A stretch of 64,000 nt of DNA from the human T2T-CHM13v2.0 reference genome, Homo sapiens: NCBI RefSeq assembly GCF_009914755.1, contig NC_060948.1; one strand, 5' to 3'. A program made the position numbers and the translations under genes. This document shows, piece after piece, positions 1 to 12,260 of this stretch. The notes under the pieces were generated by a model. It saw only the letters and a list, made by a program, of their open reading frames with translations, made no database searches and was not told the DNA's origin. Position 1 is the stretch's first letter; each line of letters begins with the position of its first letter.

Positions 1-19
1 CATTGCTGGTGAGAAAGTG

Positions 20-130
20 AAATGGTGGTGATGGTTGCACAATAACACAAACATACTTAATGCCACTTACGTATACACCTACAAATGCTTAGATTGGTAA
101 ATTTTATGTTACATTTCTTTTACTAAATAC
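20..130 (+). mobile_element. Old L1M (L1MB/L1MC-like) 3' end fragment
   Basis: ggtgatggttgcacaa...tacttaatgccact...ggtaaattttatgtta matches the recalled 3' terminus of L1M subfamilies. Confidence 0.7.
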
Positions 131-212
131 AACAAAGTCTTCCTGAGAACTGGTCCTGAAATAGTTCCATGTGAATGAAAGAAGACCCGTCTCTCCTAGA
201 GGGAGTAGAAGC

Positions 213-514
213 TTTTATTTATTTATTTACTTTGAAATTGAGTCTTGCTCTGTGGCTCAGGCTGGAGGAAAGTGGTGCGACCTCTGCTCACTGCAAGCAC
301 TACCTCCCATCTTCACACCATTCTCCTGCATCAGCCTCCCGAGTAGCTGGGACTAAAGGTGCCCACCATCATGCCTGGCTAACTTTTTGTACTTTTTAGA
401 AGAGACGGGATGTCACCATGTTAGCCATGATGGTCTCGATCTCTAGACCTCATCATCCACCCTTCTTGGCCTCCCAAAGTGCTGGGAATACAGGCTTGAG
501 CCACCACACCTGGC
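213..514 (-). mobile_element. Alu, AluY-like
   Basis: Full reverse Alu with T-rich tail. AluY-type motifs ctgcaagc..ttcacaccattctcc and ttagcca.gatggtctcgatctc. Degenerate TSD gagtagaagctttt / gagtaggaacctttt. Confidence 0.95.
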
Positions 515-639
515 TGAGTAGGAACCTTTTTATCCATGCTGGTACCACACACTCCTGGCTCTTCCACACACAAAGCATGACCTCACAAATCACAAGCAGT
601 CCAATTCTAACTGGTCTGTTTGCACCTCTTTCCAACATC

Positions 640-820
640 CTATTCCCCTATTCAACTTACTCCCTGCCCCGCTACAAGCCACTGTACATCACAGGTTTGC
701 TTACCTTCTCTGTAGACTTTTCTATAATGTCATAGGAATGCTATCATACAATATGTGATCTCTTCAGACTGGCACTTTTTGTTACTAATGTTTTCTCGTT
801 ATTCCATAATTGCTGCCAAA
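640..820 (-). mobile_element. Old L1M fragment
   Basis: aatgtcatagg..tcatacaatatgtgatctcttcagactggc resembles reverse L1M 3' region. Confidence 0.5.
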
Positions 821-957
821 ATAAGCATGCATGTCTTGTGCCACAGAAAACTGATCACACACTAAGCTCTACTTAGTAAAAACTAAAAAAAAAAAATGCT
901 AGTACATATTGTCACATTTATACCCTTATTTTTTTAATTCATGATTTCTACAATGAA

Positions 958-1406
958 TAAATGGATGAATAAAGTACACTGACACACAAATATTCTGCCT
1001 TGCCAGTCCAGCTGAGCATTGGGCTGATTACAGACCCCAGGCAGAGTGTTGTAAACAGTTTTGACTGTGACCCGTACCAGCTAGTGAGACTCGCATTTAT
1101 TAAGTAAAGATTAATTGACCAAGGCTTTAAGTCAACACCACTAAAGGGTAAATGACAGTGTGGACTTCCCAATTAGAAAGCAATTAATCACTGTGGTAAG
1201 TCAAAGATTAGTCTTAGGACCACATGAACAAACAAGCTATTAAGATAAACACCCCATATTCCTTTGTTTCTACTCTAACTTATTTAACTAAATGGAAAAG
1301 GCTGCCTTTAGCCAAGTTTATTACTGGAGCTTATGCCAATCCCCAAAGCCTTCCAAGAAGGTTTGCATCTGATAATTTTCCCCACCATCCTGACTGAACC
1401 CACACA
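958..1406 (-). mobile_element. LTR22-family solo LTR (HERV-K22/HML-5), 3' end eroded
   Basis: Reverse complement begins tgtgtgggttcagtcaggatggtggg and ends ctcagctggactggcaaggcagaatatttgtgtgtcagtgtactttattcatcc, as recalled for LTR22. Confidence 0.75.
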
Positions 1407-3420
1407 GATGTCAAAGCTGCAATAAGAATTTCTGGAGTACAAACTAGTTTCTCTGGGAATTGAAAAAGCCATTGATTTCAATTTCAGTACATATATTCAT
1501 TGCTTAATACATGATACAGATTAGAACTCTGGAGGTTTACCTTCTTGAATCTGCTTTTTCAAAAATGAGACAAAGTGTAAAATCACATGTATTTGGTCTG
1601 TTAGTTTTTCTTCACCTTTCAAAACATGGCACTTCCTTTGATTGATATTTGAAGACAGAGACTAATTTATTAAAATATTTTTCACTGTCCTTTTCATTGT
1701 TGCTTTTACACATTACATGTGAAATTGCTGGAAACTTCAACAGTGCACATTTTAAATAAGAATAAAAGACAGTTGGCATCTAGCAAGATGGTTGAAAAAG
1801 AGCAGCTCTGGTCTGCAGCTTCCAGTGAGATCAACACAAAAGACAAGTGATTTCTGTGTTTCCACCTGAGGTACCCAGTTCATCTCATTGGGACTGGTTA
1901 GACATTGAGTGAGGCCCACAGAAGGCAAGCAGAAGCAGGGTGATTGTTGCCTCACCCAGGAAGCGCAAGGGGCTAGAAACTTCCTCCCACAGCCAAGGAA
2001 AGCCATCTGGGGCTGTGTCATCAAGCCCGTATCCTGCACTTTTCACAGGGTTTTTGCAACCCACAGACCAGGAGATTCCCTAGTGTGCCTACAGAACCAC
2101 AACCCTGGATTTCAAGCATGAAACTGGGTGGCTGCTTTGACACATACTGAGCTAGATGCAAAAGATTTTTTTTGTACCCCAGTGGCACCTGGAACCCTAC
2201 TGGGACAGAACAATTCACACCCCTGGAAAGGGGGCTGAAGCTAGGGAAAAAAGTGGTCTCATTCATCAGGTCCCATTCACATCAAACACAACAAGCTGAG
2301 ATCTACTGGCTTCAAATTCTCACTACGTGCATAAAAGCCTGAAGTCAACCTTGAATGATCAAGCTTGGTGGGGAGAGGGTCGACCACCATTACTGAGGCT
2401 TACATATAAGGGTTTCCCTAACAGTATTAAGAAAGCTGCCAGGAAGTTTGCAAAAGCATGCAAAGCAGCTGTGGCCAGATTGGCTCTCTAGATTCCACCT
2501 CACTGATTATGTCATTTCTGAAAGAATGGCAGCAGCCCCAGTCAGGGGATTATACTTAAAACTCCCATCTCCCTGGGACAGACCACCTGGGAAAAGGGAT
2601 GGCTGCGAGTGAAACTGCAGCAGACTTAAACATTCCTGCCTGCCTGTTGTGAAGAGAGCTGTGTATCTCTGAGAACAGTGTTCAAGCCCTGCTCAGGGAC
2701 AGATTGCCTTTTCAACTATGCCCCTTACCCCTGTGTCTCCTGACTAGGGAACACATCCCAGCAGGTTTCAACAGACACTTCATACAGAAGAGCTCTGGCT
2801 GGCACCAGTCAGGACCCACTCAGGGCAAAATCTTCCACTTATTGCTGTTCTGCAACTTCAGATGGTCATACCCAGTAAAGCAGCATCTGAAGTAGACCTC
2901 TTGCAAACTCCAGCAGACCTGCAGAAGAGATGCCTGACTGATCAACATCAACAAAAAGGGCGCTCATACAAAAACCCAATCCAAAGACCATCGGCATAAA
3001 ATATCCCAGGTAGATAAATCCATGAGAAATAGGAATAACCAGCACAAAAGAGCTGAAAATTCAGAAAATTAGAACGCTTCTTCTCCTCAAAATGATTGCA
3101 ACTCCTCCCCAGCAAGGGCGCAAAAGTGAATGGAGAAGGAGTTTGATGAATTGGCAGAAGTAGGCTTCAGATGGTGTGTAATAACAAAATTATCTGTGGT
3201 AAAGGAGTATGTTCTAACCCAATGTTAGGAAGCTGAGAACCTTGATAAAATGTTACAGGAACTGCTAACTAAAACAACCAGTTTAGAGAAGAACATGTAT
3301 TACCTAATGGAGCTCACAAACACAGTGCAAGAAACATTGTGAAGCAAAAACAAGTATCATTGGTCGAGTCAATGAAAAGGAAGAAAAGATATCACAGATT
3401 ATAGATCAACTTAATGAAAT

Positions 3421-4145
3421 TGTGGGGAAAAGAAAGAAAGATCAGACTGTAACTCTATCTATGTAGAAAGAATTAGACATAAGATACTCTATTTTGTTCT
3501 GTACTAAGAGAAATTTTTCTGCCTTGAGATGCTGTTAATCTGTAACCCTAGCCCTGACACTGTGCTCACAGAGACATGTGCTGTGTTGACTCAAGGTTTA
3601 ATGGATTTAGGGCTATGAAGGAGGTGCTTTGTTAAACAAGCTCTCGAAGGCAGTATGGTTGTTAAAAGTCATCACCATTCTCTAATCTCAAGTACCTAGG
3701 GACACAATACACTGTGGAATTCCACAAGGACCTCGGCCTAGGAAAACCAGGTATCATCCAATGTTTCTCCCCATGTGATAGCCTGAGATATGGCCCCATG
3801 GGAAGGGAAAGACCTGACCATCCTCCAGCCTGACACCCTTAAGTGGTCTGTTCTGAGGAGGATTAGTAAAAGAGGAAGGCTTCTTTGCAGTTGTGATAAG
3901 AGGAAGGCATCTATCTCCTGCTCATCCCTACCATCACCCTCGCGAGATGGTAGAGATAATGATTAATAATACTGAGGGAACTCAGAGACCAGTGCTGGCA
4001 CGGGTCCTCCATATGCTGAGTGCTGGTCCCCTGGGCCCACTTTTCTTTCTCTATACTTTGTCTCCGTGTCTTATTCCTTTTCTCAGTCTCTCATTCCACC
4101 TGATAAGAAACACCCACAGGTGTGGAGGGGCAGTCCACCCCTTCA
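3421..4145 (+). mobile_element. HERV-K(HML-2) solo LTR, LTR5A-like, internally deleted (725 bp)
   Basis: TGTGGGGAAAAGAAAG...CCACCCCTTCA termini. 5-bp TSD GAAAT at 3416-3420 and 4146-4150. Inserted in L1 ORF1. Confidence 0.95.
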
Positions 4146-5793
4146 GAAATAAAGCATGAAGACAAGATTAGAGAAAAATGATTGAAAAGGAAAAAACAAA
4201 GCCTCCAAGAAATATGGGACTATGTCAAAAGACAAAACCTACTACTGATTAGTGTACCTGAAGTGAGGGGGAAAATGGAACCAAGTTTGAAATTACGCTT
4301 CAAGGCATTATCCAGGAGAATTTCCCCAACCTAAAAAGACAGGCCATCACTCAAATTCAGGAGATACAGATAACACCACTAAGATACTCTTTGAGAAGAG
4401 CAACATCAAGACATATAACTGTCAGATTCTCCAAAGTTGAACCAAAAGAAAAAAATGTTAAAGACAGCCAGAGAGAAACGTGAGGTTACCTAGAAAGAGA
4501 AGCCCATAGTACTAACAGTGGATCTCTCTGCAGAAACTCTACAAGCCAGAAGAGAATGGGGCCAACATTCAACATCCTTAAGAAAAAAAAAATCAACCTA
4601 GAATTTTGTATTCAGCCAAACAAATCTTCCTAAGCCAAAGAAAAATAAAATTGTTACACACAACCAAGTGTAGATGATTTATGTAACCACCATGCCTGCT
4701 TTAGAAGAGCTCCTGAAGTAAGCACTAAATATGGAAAGAAAAAACTGTACTCACCACTGAAAAAAATAGCAAAATATAAAGACCAACAACACCAAGAAGA
4801 AAGGGCATCAACTGATATACAAAATAACCAGCTAGCAATGCCAATGCAGGATCAAATTTACACATAACAATATTAACCTTAAATGTAAATGAACTACATT
4901 TGCCAATTAAAGTACACAGACTAGCAAATTGGATAAAGGGACAAGACCCTCTGGTGTGCTATATTCAGGAGACTCATCTCATGGGTGAAGACAGGCATAC
5001 ACTCAAAATAAGGAGAAAGTCAAAAAAAAAAAAAAGAAAAAACAGGGGTTGCAATACTAGTCTATCCTAAGACAAACTTTAAACCAATATAGATCAAAAA
5101 AGACAAAGAAGGGAATTACATAACGGTAAAGGGATCAGTGCAACGAGAAGAACTAATGATCCTAAAAATATATGAACTTAATACAGGAGCACACAGATTT
5201 ATAAAGCAAGTTCTTAGAGACCTACACAGACTTAGACTACTACCCAATCATAAAAGGAGATTTTAACAGTCAGATATATTATGCAGATAAATGAGACAGC
5301 ATATTAACAAGAATACTTAGGACTTGAACCCAGCTATTGACCAAGCAGAGCTAATAGACATCTACAGAACTATCCACCCCAAATCAACAGAATATACATT
5401 CTTCTCAGCACCACATAGCACTTATTCTAAAATTGACCACATAATTGGAGGTAAAACACTCCTCAGCAAGTGCAAAAGAACGGAAATCAAAACAGTCCCT
5501 TATGCCAAAGTGGAATAAGATTAGAACTCAGGATTCAGAATCTCATTCAAAACTGCACAACTAAAAGAAAACTCTAAAACCTGCTCCTGAATGTCCACTG
5601 GGTAAATAATAAAATAAATAAAGAAAGAAATAAGTTGTTTAAAATCAATGAGAACAAAGACACAACCTACCAGAATCTCTAGGACACAGCTAAAGAAGTA
5701 TTAAGAGAGAAATTGATAGCATGAAATATTCATATCAAAAAGTAGGAAGGATCAAAAATCCACACCCTAAAATCACAATGAAAAGAACCAGAG

Positions 5794-6120
5794 GGATGGA
5801 CATGGTGGCTCATACCTCATATTTCAGCACTTTCAGAAGGTGGGCCAGGAATGTCACCTGAGTTCAAGAGTTCAAGAGCAACCTGGCCAACCAACATGGT
5901 GAAACTCTCTCTCTACAGAAAATACAAACAAAACAAAAAAAAAACCTGGCCTGGTGGCACACACCTGTAATCCCAGATACTTGGGAGGCTGAAATGGGAA
6001 AATTCCTTGAACCCAAAAGATAAAGGTCACAGTGAACTGAGGTTGCACAACTCCCTTCCAGTATGGGTGACAAAGCAAGGCACCTTCTCAGAAAAAAAAA
6101 AAAAAAAAGAAGACAGAAAG
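5794..6120 (+). mobile_element. Alu (old, AluJ/S) within L1 ORF2
   Basis: Two-arm Alu with polyA. TSD aaaagaaccagag / aaaaggaactagag. Confidence 0.9.
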
Positions 6121-8645
6121 AAAAGGAACTAGAGAGGCAAGAACAAACAAATTCAAACAGTGACACAAAAAAGAAATAACAGATCAGATAATTGAAGGTG
6201 ATAGAGTCAGGAAAATCCTTCAAAAATCCATGAATCCAGGAGCTTTTTTATTTTTATTTTTGTAAAGTTTAACAAAATAGAGTTGTAGCCAGAACAATAA
6301 AGAAAAAAAGAGAGAAGAATCAATTAGACATGGTAAAGAAAGATAGTGGGGATGTAACAACTGATCCCACAGAAATAAAAACTACCATCAGAGAATACTG
6401 TAAACACTCTACGCAAATAAATTTTAAAAATCTAGAAGAAATAAATAACTTCCTGGACACATACACCTTACCAAGACTAAACCAAGAAAAAGTAGAATCC
6501 CTGAAGAGACCAACAAATTCTAAAATTGAGGCAGTAATTGGTAGCCTACCAAACAAGAATGCCCAGACCAGACGGATTCACAGCTGAATTCTACCAGATG
6601 TACAGAGAAAACCTGGTTCCATTTCCTTCTGAAACTGTTCCAAACAATACAAAAAGAAGGACTCCTACTGAACTTCTTTTATGAGGCCAGCATCATGTTA
6701 ATACCAAAGCCTGTCAGAGACCACCACCCAAAAAAATTAGGCCAATATCCCTGATTAATATCGATGTGAATGTCCACAACAAAGTACTGGCAAACTGAAT
6801 GTAGCAACCCATCAAAAAGCTTATCCATCAAAATCAAGTCAGCTCCATCCTTGGGTTCCAAGGCTGGTTTCAACATATGCAAATCAATAAATGTAATCCA
6901 TCACATAAAGAGAACCAATGGCAAAAAACACATAATTATCTCTATCGATGCAGAAAAGGACTTTGATAAAATTTAACATCCCTTCCTACTAAAAACCCTC
7001 AATAAACTAGGTATTGATGAGATGTATCAGAAACTAATGAGAACTATTTGTGACAAACCCATAGGCAATATTATACTGAATGGGCAAAAGCTGGAAACAT
7101 TCCCTTTGAAAACACAAAACACAAGGCACAAGTCAAGGAAGGCCTCTCTCACCACTCCTATTCAACATAGTATTGAAAGTTCTGCCCAGGACAATAAGGC
7201 AAGAGAAAGAAATAAAAGGTATTCAAATAAAAATAAAGGAAATCAAATTTTCCCTGTTTGCAGATGACATAGTTGTATATTTTGAATACCCCATTGTCTC
7301 AGCTCTAAAACTCCTTAAAAATAGAGAAGCAACTTCTCTTTTTTGTAAGTTTGCTTAAGCTTATAAGCAACTCCAGCAGTCTCAGGCTACAAAATCATTG
7401 TGCAAAAATTACAAGCATTTCTATAGACAAATAATAGATGAACAGATAGCCAAATCATGAGTGAATTCAAATTCACAATTGTTCCAAAGAAAGTAAAATA
7501 ACTAAGAATAAAACTTACAAGGCATGTGAAGAACTTCTTTATGGAGAACTACAAATCACTGCTGAAGGAAATAAAAGAGGACACAAAAATGTGGAAAAAA
7601 TTCATGTTCATGGATAAGAAGTGTCAATAGCATGAAAATGACCATACTGCTTAAAGTAATTCACAAATCTACAATGATCTGATCTTCAACAAGCCTGACA
7701 GAAACAAGCAATTGGGGAAAGATTCCTTGGTACTGAGAAAACTGGCTACCCATATGCAGAAATCTGAAACTGAATCCCTTTCTTACAACACATACAAAAA
7801 TTAACTCAAGATGAATTAAAAGACTTAAACATAAAACCTAAAATCATAAAAACCCTAGAAGAAAACCTAGACAATACCATTCAGGATATAGACATGGGAA
7901 AGACATAATGACAAAAACACCAGAAACAATTGGAACAAAATCCAAAATTGACATTTGGGACCTAATTAATCTAAAGAACTTCTCCACAGCAAAAGAAAAT
8001 ATCATCAGGGTGAACAGGTGACATACAGAATGTGAGAAAATTTTTTCAACCTATCTATCTGACAAAGGTCTAATATCCAAAATCTGCAAGTAACATAAAA
8101 ACATTTACAAGAAAATGAAATACCCCATCAAAAAGTGGGCAAAGGATATGAACAGACACTTCTCAAAAGGAGACATTAGATCAGCCAAAAAACATATGTA
8201 AAAAAAGATCAGCATCACTGGTCATTAGAGAAATGCACATCAAAACCACAATGAGATATCGTCTCACATGGTATCTGCGTGTCAGAATGGTGACCGTTAA
8301 AAAGTCAGGAAACAACAGATGCTGGCAATGATGTGGAGAAATAGGAATGCTCTATACTGCCGGTGGGAGTGTAAATTAGTTCAATCATTGTGGAAGAAAG
8401 TATGGTGATTCCCCAAGGATCTATAACCAGAAACACCATTTACCAGGAATCACATTATGTGGTATATACCCAGAGGATTATAAATCATTCTACTATAAGG
8501 AAACATCACATGTACATTTATTACAGCACTATTCACATACAAAAAAGACATGGAACAAACCCAAATTCCCATCAATGATAGAGTGGATAAGAAAATATGG
8601 CACATATACACCATGGAATACTATGCAGCCTTTAAAAAGAAGAAG

Positions 8646-8975
8646 TTGTAATACACATACACATGCACGTGACCTTGTGATAGAATGACTTATTTTTTTG
8701 GGGGGTGCTATATACACAGTTATGAAATTGCTGGGTCCAAAGGTATTTCTCACTCTAGATACTTGATGAAACGCCACACATTTTTCCACATTGTCTATAC
8801 TGATTTATATTTTGAACAACAATGTAAAAACAATTTTATTACTGCACTACTTCACTACCATTTGTTATTTCATGGGTTTTTAGTAATCACCATTTCCACT
8901 GGCCTAAGACGGTATCTCCTTGCCATTTAGATTTCTTTTTCCTTCACCATTAGTGATGTTGAGCTTTTTGACATG
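8646..8975 (-). mobile_element. Inverted L1 ORF2 3' fragment
   Basis: gctgggtccaaaggtatttct..ctagat..cgccacac..ggtatctc..tagtgatgttgagc is the reverse of the L1 ORF2 C-terminal region, homologous to ~8200-8530. Confidence 0.85.
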
Positions 8976-9068
8976 AAGACAGAAGACCAGTAACTCTTTT
9001 CTTACCCCAGTTTGGCCTTTTTATATCAGCTCTTCAACACCCATTTCACCTATTTTTTAAACACTATC
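8976..9068 (-). pseudogene. USP9Y: USP9Y-like pseudo-exon (USP9YP-type fragment)
   Basis: Minus strand: acceptor cttttccttttgcag, then DSV*KIGEMGVEELI*KGQTGVRK(fs)ELLVF. Recalled USP9X/Y: D(D/N)VKxTGETG(I/V)EExILEGHLGVTKELLAF. Two stops and one frameshift. Confidence 0.8.
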
Positions 9069-9584
9069 CTGCAAAAGGAAAAGTATTATGTGTTTAACTT
9101 ATATGATAAAGATAGTCATCAAATTCATTTCCACAAGACAGAAACATATTTGGGTATTGCTTCCATGGAAAAAGGAGTTTACAATTGCACTTAATGTAAG
9201 AGGCCAGAAATTCTGCTCATCAACATACAATGCACAAGGAAAGCTCCTCACAAAAAGAAATTATATGAGTACAAAATGTCAAAATCCAGGGATCAGAAAT
9301 TCTGCTCCATTAGTAAGCTTCGTAATCTATTGGGAAAATATTAACCTTAAGCCCAATGCCATGAATTAGAGAAGTACATTCTCACAGAATATATGTCTGT
9401 GTAAGCAAGTGGGATAGGGTGGTACAATGTAAATACCAACTTTTCAACTTTAAGTTCTAAAAGATTTTGAAACAAAATAATTTTCAAATAAGGTTTAAAA
9501 ATTCCAAATGTGGGAGACTGAATTTTAAGTATTTCAAGATCCAATAGAAGTAACACATTTAAACACAACTAGCTATGCTCCTTT

Positions 9585-10905
9585 TTTCATGGGATTTTGG
9601 GAGAGTCACCTTGACAGTTGAAAACCTCTGTGGCCAGTGGTGCTTTTGCCTGAGTTCTGCTCAGGCCTGCTAAGCTTGCTCTACCCACTCTGCCTGACAG
9701 GCGGCACTCAGCTTGCATTATGGGTCAGGATTTCATACCTGCCAAGGGCAAACATGAGGTAGAGTGGCAAGTGGTGTATGAGCAAGTGTGGGGTCTAGCC
9801 GCTATACACAGCCAGGCCTGCCGGCAGTGGCAAAGCAGGAAATTTTAGGTGCCAACAGAAGTGCCATCTCACTGAGACACAGCAGCTGGACCAGGCATAC
9901 TGCAAGCAGCTTCCACAGCTGATACTGGGGAATGTAGTGGTGCCCAGAAGTTTCGGGATGCCAAAAACAGCAAAGCCCTAAAGAGGGTGTCATAGCCCTG
10001 TCTTCGAGAGACCCTAGGTCTGTGCACCCTGAAGGGCCACAGCTGTCCTCTTATTTTTGTCTTTCAGAATGTGATGATCAAGAGACATCTTTTTATCCCA
10101 ATTTTTGTTACAGTTCTTTCAGCTCCACCATTCAGTGATTCTCAAATAGTTGTTCTGCAACCAGGAAGAATGAGGTAGACGGACACGTAGAGAGTGAGAA
10201 ATGTATAGATAAGATTTACTCAGGAACAGAACTCAAAACAGATCCCCATTGGGTAACTCCTCTCCACAGGCTGGATGTTCTGATGAGTGTCCAGCTCTCA
10301 GCAAAGAGATGGCTTTAGAGCGGGCAGCTCTTTCCACAGGCAAGGTGTCAAGGATTAGTATCCAGCTCTCAGCAGGAAAGAAACCCTGGACTTGGTAGCT
10401 TCTCCATCCAGCTGATCATCTTATGAGGTGTTAAGTTCTCCACAGAGAGAAGATCTTGGAGTGGGTAGGTCCTCTTCACACCTTGTGGTCCTAACATTGG
10501 CTAAGCCTTCAGTCAAGAGAAGACCTTCAAGTGGGTATCTCCCTTCTCTAGCTGATCATCCCATTATCTCCCCAGCAGAGACTGTGGCAGGTAGCTCTAG
10601 CCCACCACTGACAGTCCTGAAGTCTCCTCAGCTCACAGCAAAGAGATGGCCCTTGAGTGGGTAGCGCCTCTCCACAGTAGGTAGTCTGAAAAGTCCTCAA
10701 ATCTTGTTGAGTCCAGGAATATTATGTGCTTCAAAGGAAACAAAGTGCTTGCTGATTGGATTATTTGGCAAAAATGCGTGCATTTCAAAAAGCACCATTG
10801 GTTCCCATTCTTGTCCATCAGCCTGAGATCCAGACTTCAGGCCATCACTGGCTTGAAGGTGGAGATTCAGTGGGACCTCTTTGGGAGCCAGCAAGTTTAT
10901 TGCCA
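9585..10905 (-). mobile_element. MER52-family ERV1 solo LTR with internal tandem repeats
   Basis: aaacctctgtggccagtggtgc..ttgcc and agagggtgtcatagccctg are the reverse MER52 3' end. Degenerate ccagctctcagca..gggtagctc repeats at ~10250-10690. Confidence 0.8.
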
Positions 10906-10911
10906 TGAACC

Positions 10912-11328
10912 TGTGATGGCTAATACTGAATGTCAACTTAACTGGATTGAGATATACAGAGTATTAGTTTGGCATGAGTCTGTGTGAGTGTTGCCTAAAA
11001 GAGATTAACACTTGGGTCAGTGGGCTGGAGAAGGCAGAACAGCCCTTAATCTGGTGGGCACAATTCATTAACTTCCAATGAATATAAAACAGGCAGAAGA
11101 ACGTGAATAGATGAGACGGGCTTAGCCTCGCAGCCTACATCTTTGCCCTGTGCTGCATGCTCTCTCCTCTCACATGTTGGACTCCAAGTTGTTCAGTTTT
11201 GGGACTCAGACTGGCTCCTGTTGCTCCTCAGCTTGGCGACAGGCTATTATGTGACACTGCAATGGTGTAAGTTAGTATTTAATAAACTCTTCTAAAGTAC
11301 TGTCCCTTAGAGAATCCTGAGTAATACA
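10912..11328 (+). mobile_element. MLT2A 5' LTR of HERV-L
   Basis: tgtgatggctaatactgaatgtcaactt...gagaatcctgagtaataca, followed by gattttggtaccagaagtggttctag (HERV-L PBS region). Confidence 0.9.
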
Positions 11329-12225
11329 GATTTTGGTACCAGAAGTGGTTCTAGGAAAACAGAATATTGAAAAGGAAGTTCTTTCATTGGTTTTGGAGTT
11401 TCTGGTGTTGCCTGCTATATATAATTTGATGTGAAAATGCTAAGGATTCTACTTCTAATTATATGGAGAACACTGATAATCCTTGGTGGAAACCGTTCAT
11501 AGAGTTATGCAAAGTAAATGCATTTGACACTTCTGATTCACCAATTGTGAGAGGCAATGAGTTTTGTTTACTCTCTGCATAATAATTTTGACATATATGG
11601 AGAACCAAGGATCACAATGAAGCAGGTTGGTAGCTCTTAAGTTCAGTGGACACAATGATCAGAGGTAATGATGCACTCAGAAATTCTGTCTCCCAGCTTC
11701 AGAAGCCCCAAATCTGTTAATTTTGTCCTGAGTGAGAGTCTTATCACCTGTAGAGAAAGAGCCAAAATTACAGGCTTTTATCATGTAAGTGACTGACCTT
11801 CAATGAAAGTTGCATGCACATTCTCAAAAGGTGTCTACTGTTAGAGTGAGGCATTGATTGAGTAGAATGGGACCCTGCAACTCTGAAAGGATGAGTCAGA
11901 GGACCCTGATGAAGCAGGGGATACTGAGTGTGTAAACTCTGATGAAGCTTTTTGCCAAAAGAAAAGCTTTCTCATTTCCAGAAGGGGCAATGTCATCTTT
12001 CTGATCCGTGCTGATATCAGTCTTTCCAACTCAGTCTGAGGTAAACAAACCCTGCACTGGTTGATGCAACAGTTATGGCCTTCCCTAGGACAGTTGCCAG
12101 GAAAGATAATGTTGATTCTTCTCAGAAGCCATCCCGAACACCTCTGTTTTTTTCTAAACCGGGCTAGAATGCTGTGGTGGGCTCCTAGAGGTGAGGTAGA
12201 GAGTGTGACACATCAGGTAGTGTGC

Positions 12226-12260
<35 letters not shown>

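Larger units (their letters stand above)
1775..8645 (+). mobile_element. Near full-length L1PA (L1PA7/8-like), inactivated; 5'UTR, ORF1 and ORF2 present, 3'UTR/polyA missing
   Basis: 5'UTR cagctctggtctgcagct..gaggtacccagttcatctcattgggactgg. ORF2 start ~4840 (ggatcaaatttacacataacaatattaacc). ORF fragments [44 protein letters not shown]. Interrupted by LTR5A and an Alu. Confidence 0.95.

Noticed and set aside
171-735. Short ORFs overlapping Alus (also at 5864, 29070 and 39801)
   Set aside because: Typical Alu-derived translations
1500-1660. Possible minus-strand exon ending aag|gtaaac at ~1540
   Set aside because: No recognisable protein match or clear acceptor
10250-10690. Regularly spaced repeats resembling a CRISPR-like array
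   Set aside because: Degenerate internal tandem repeats of the MER52 LTR; no unique spacers, and the context is eukaryotic
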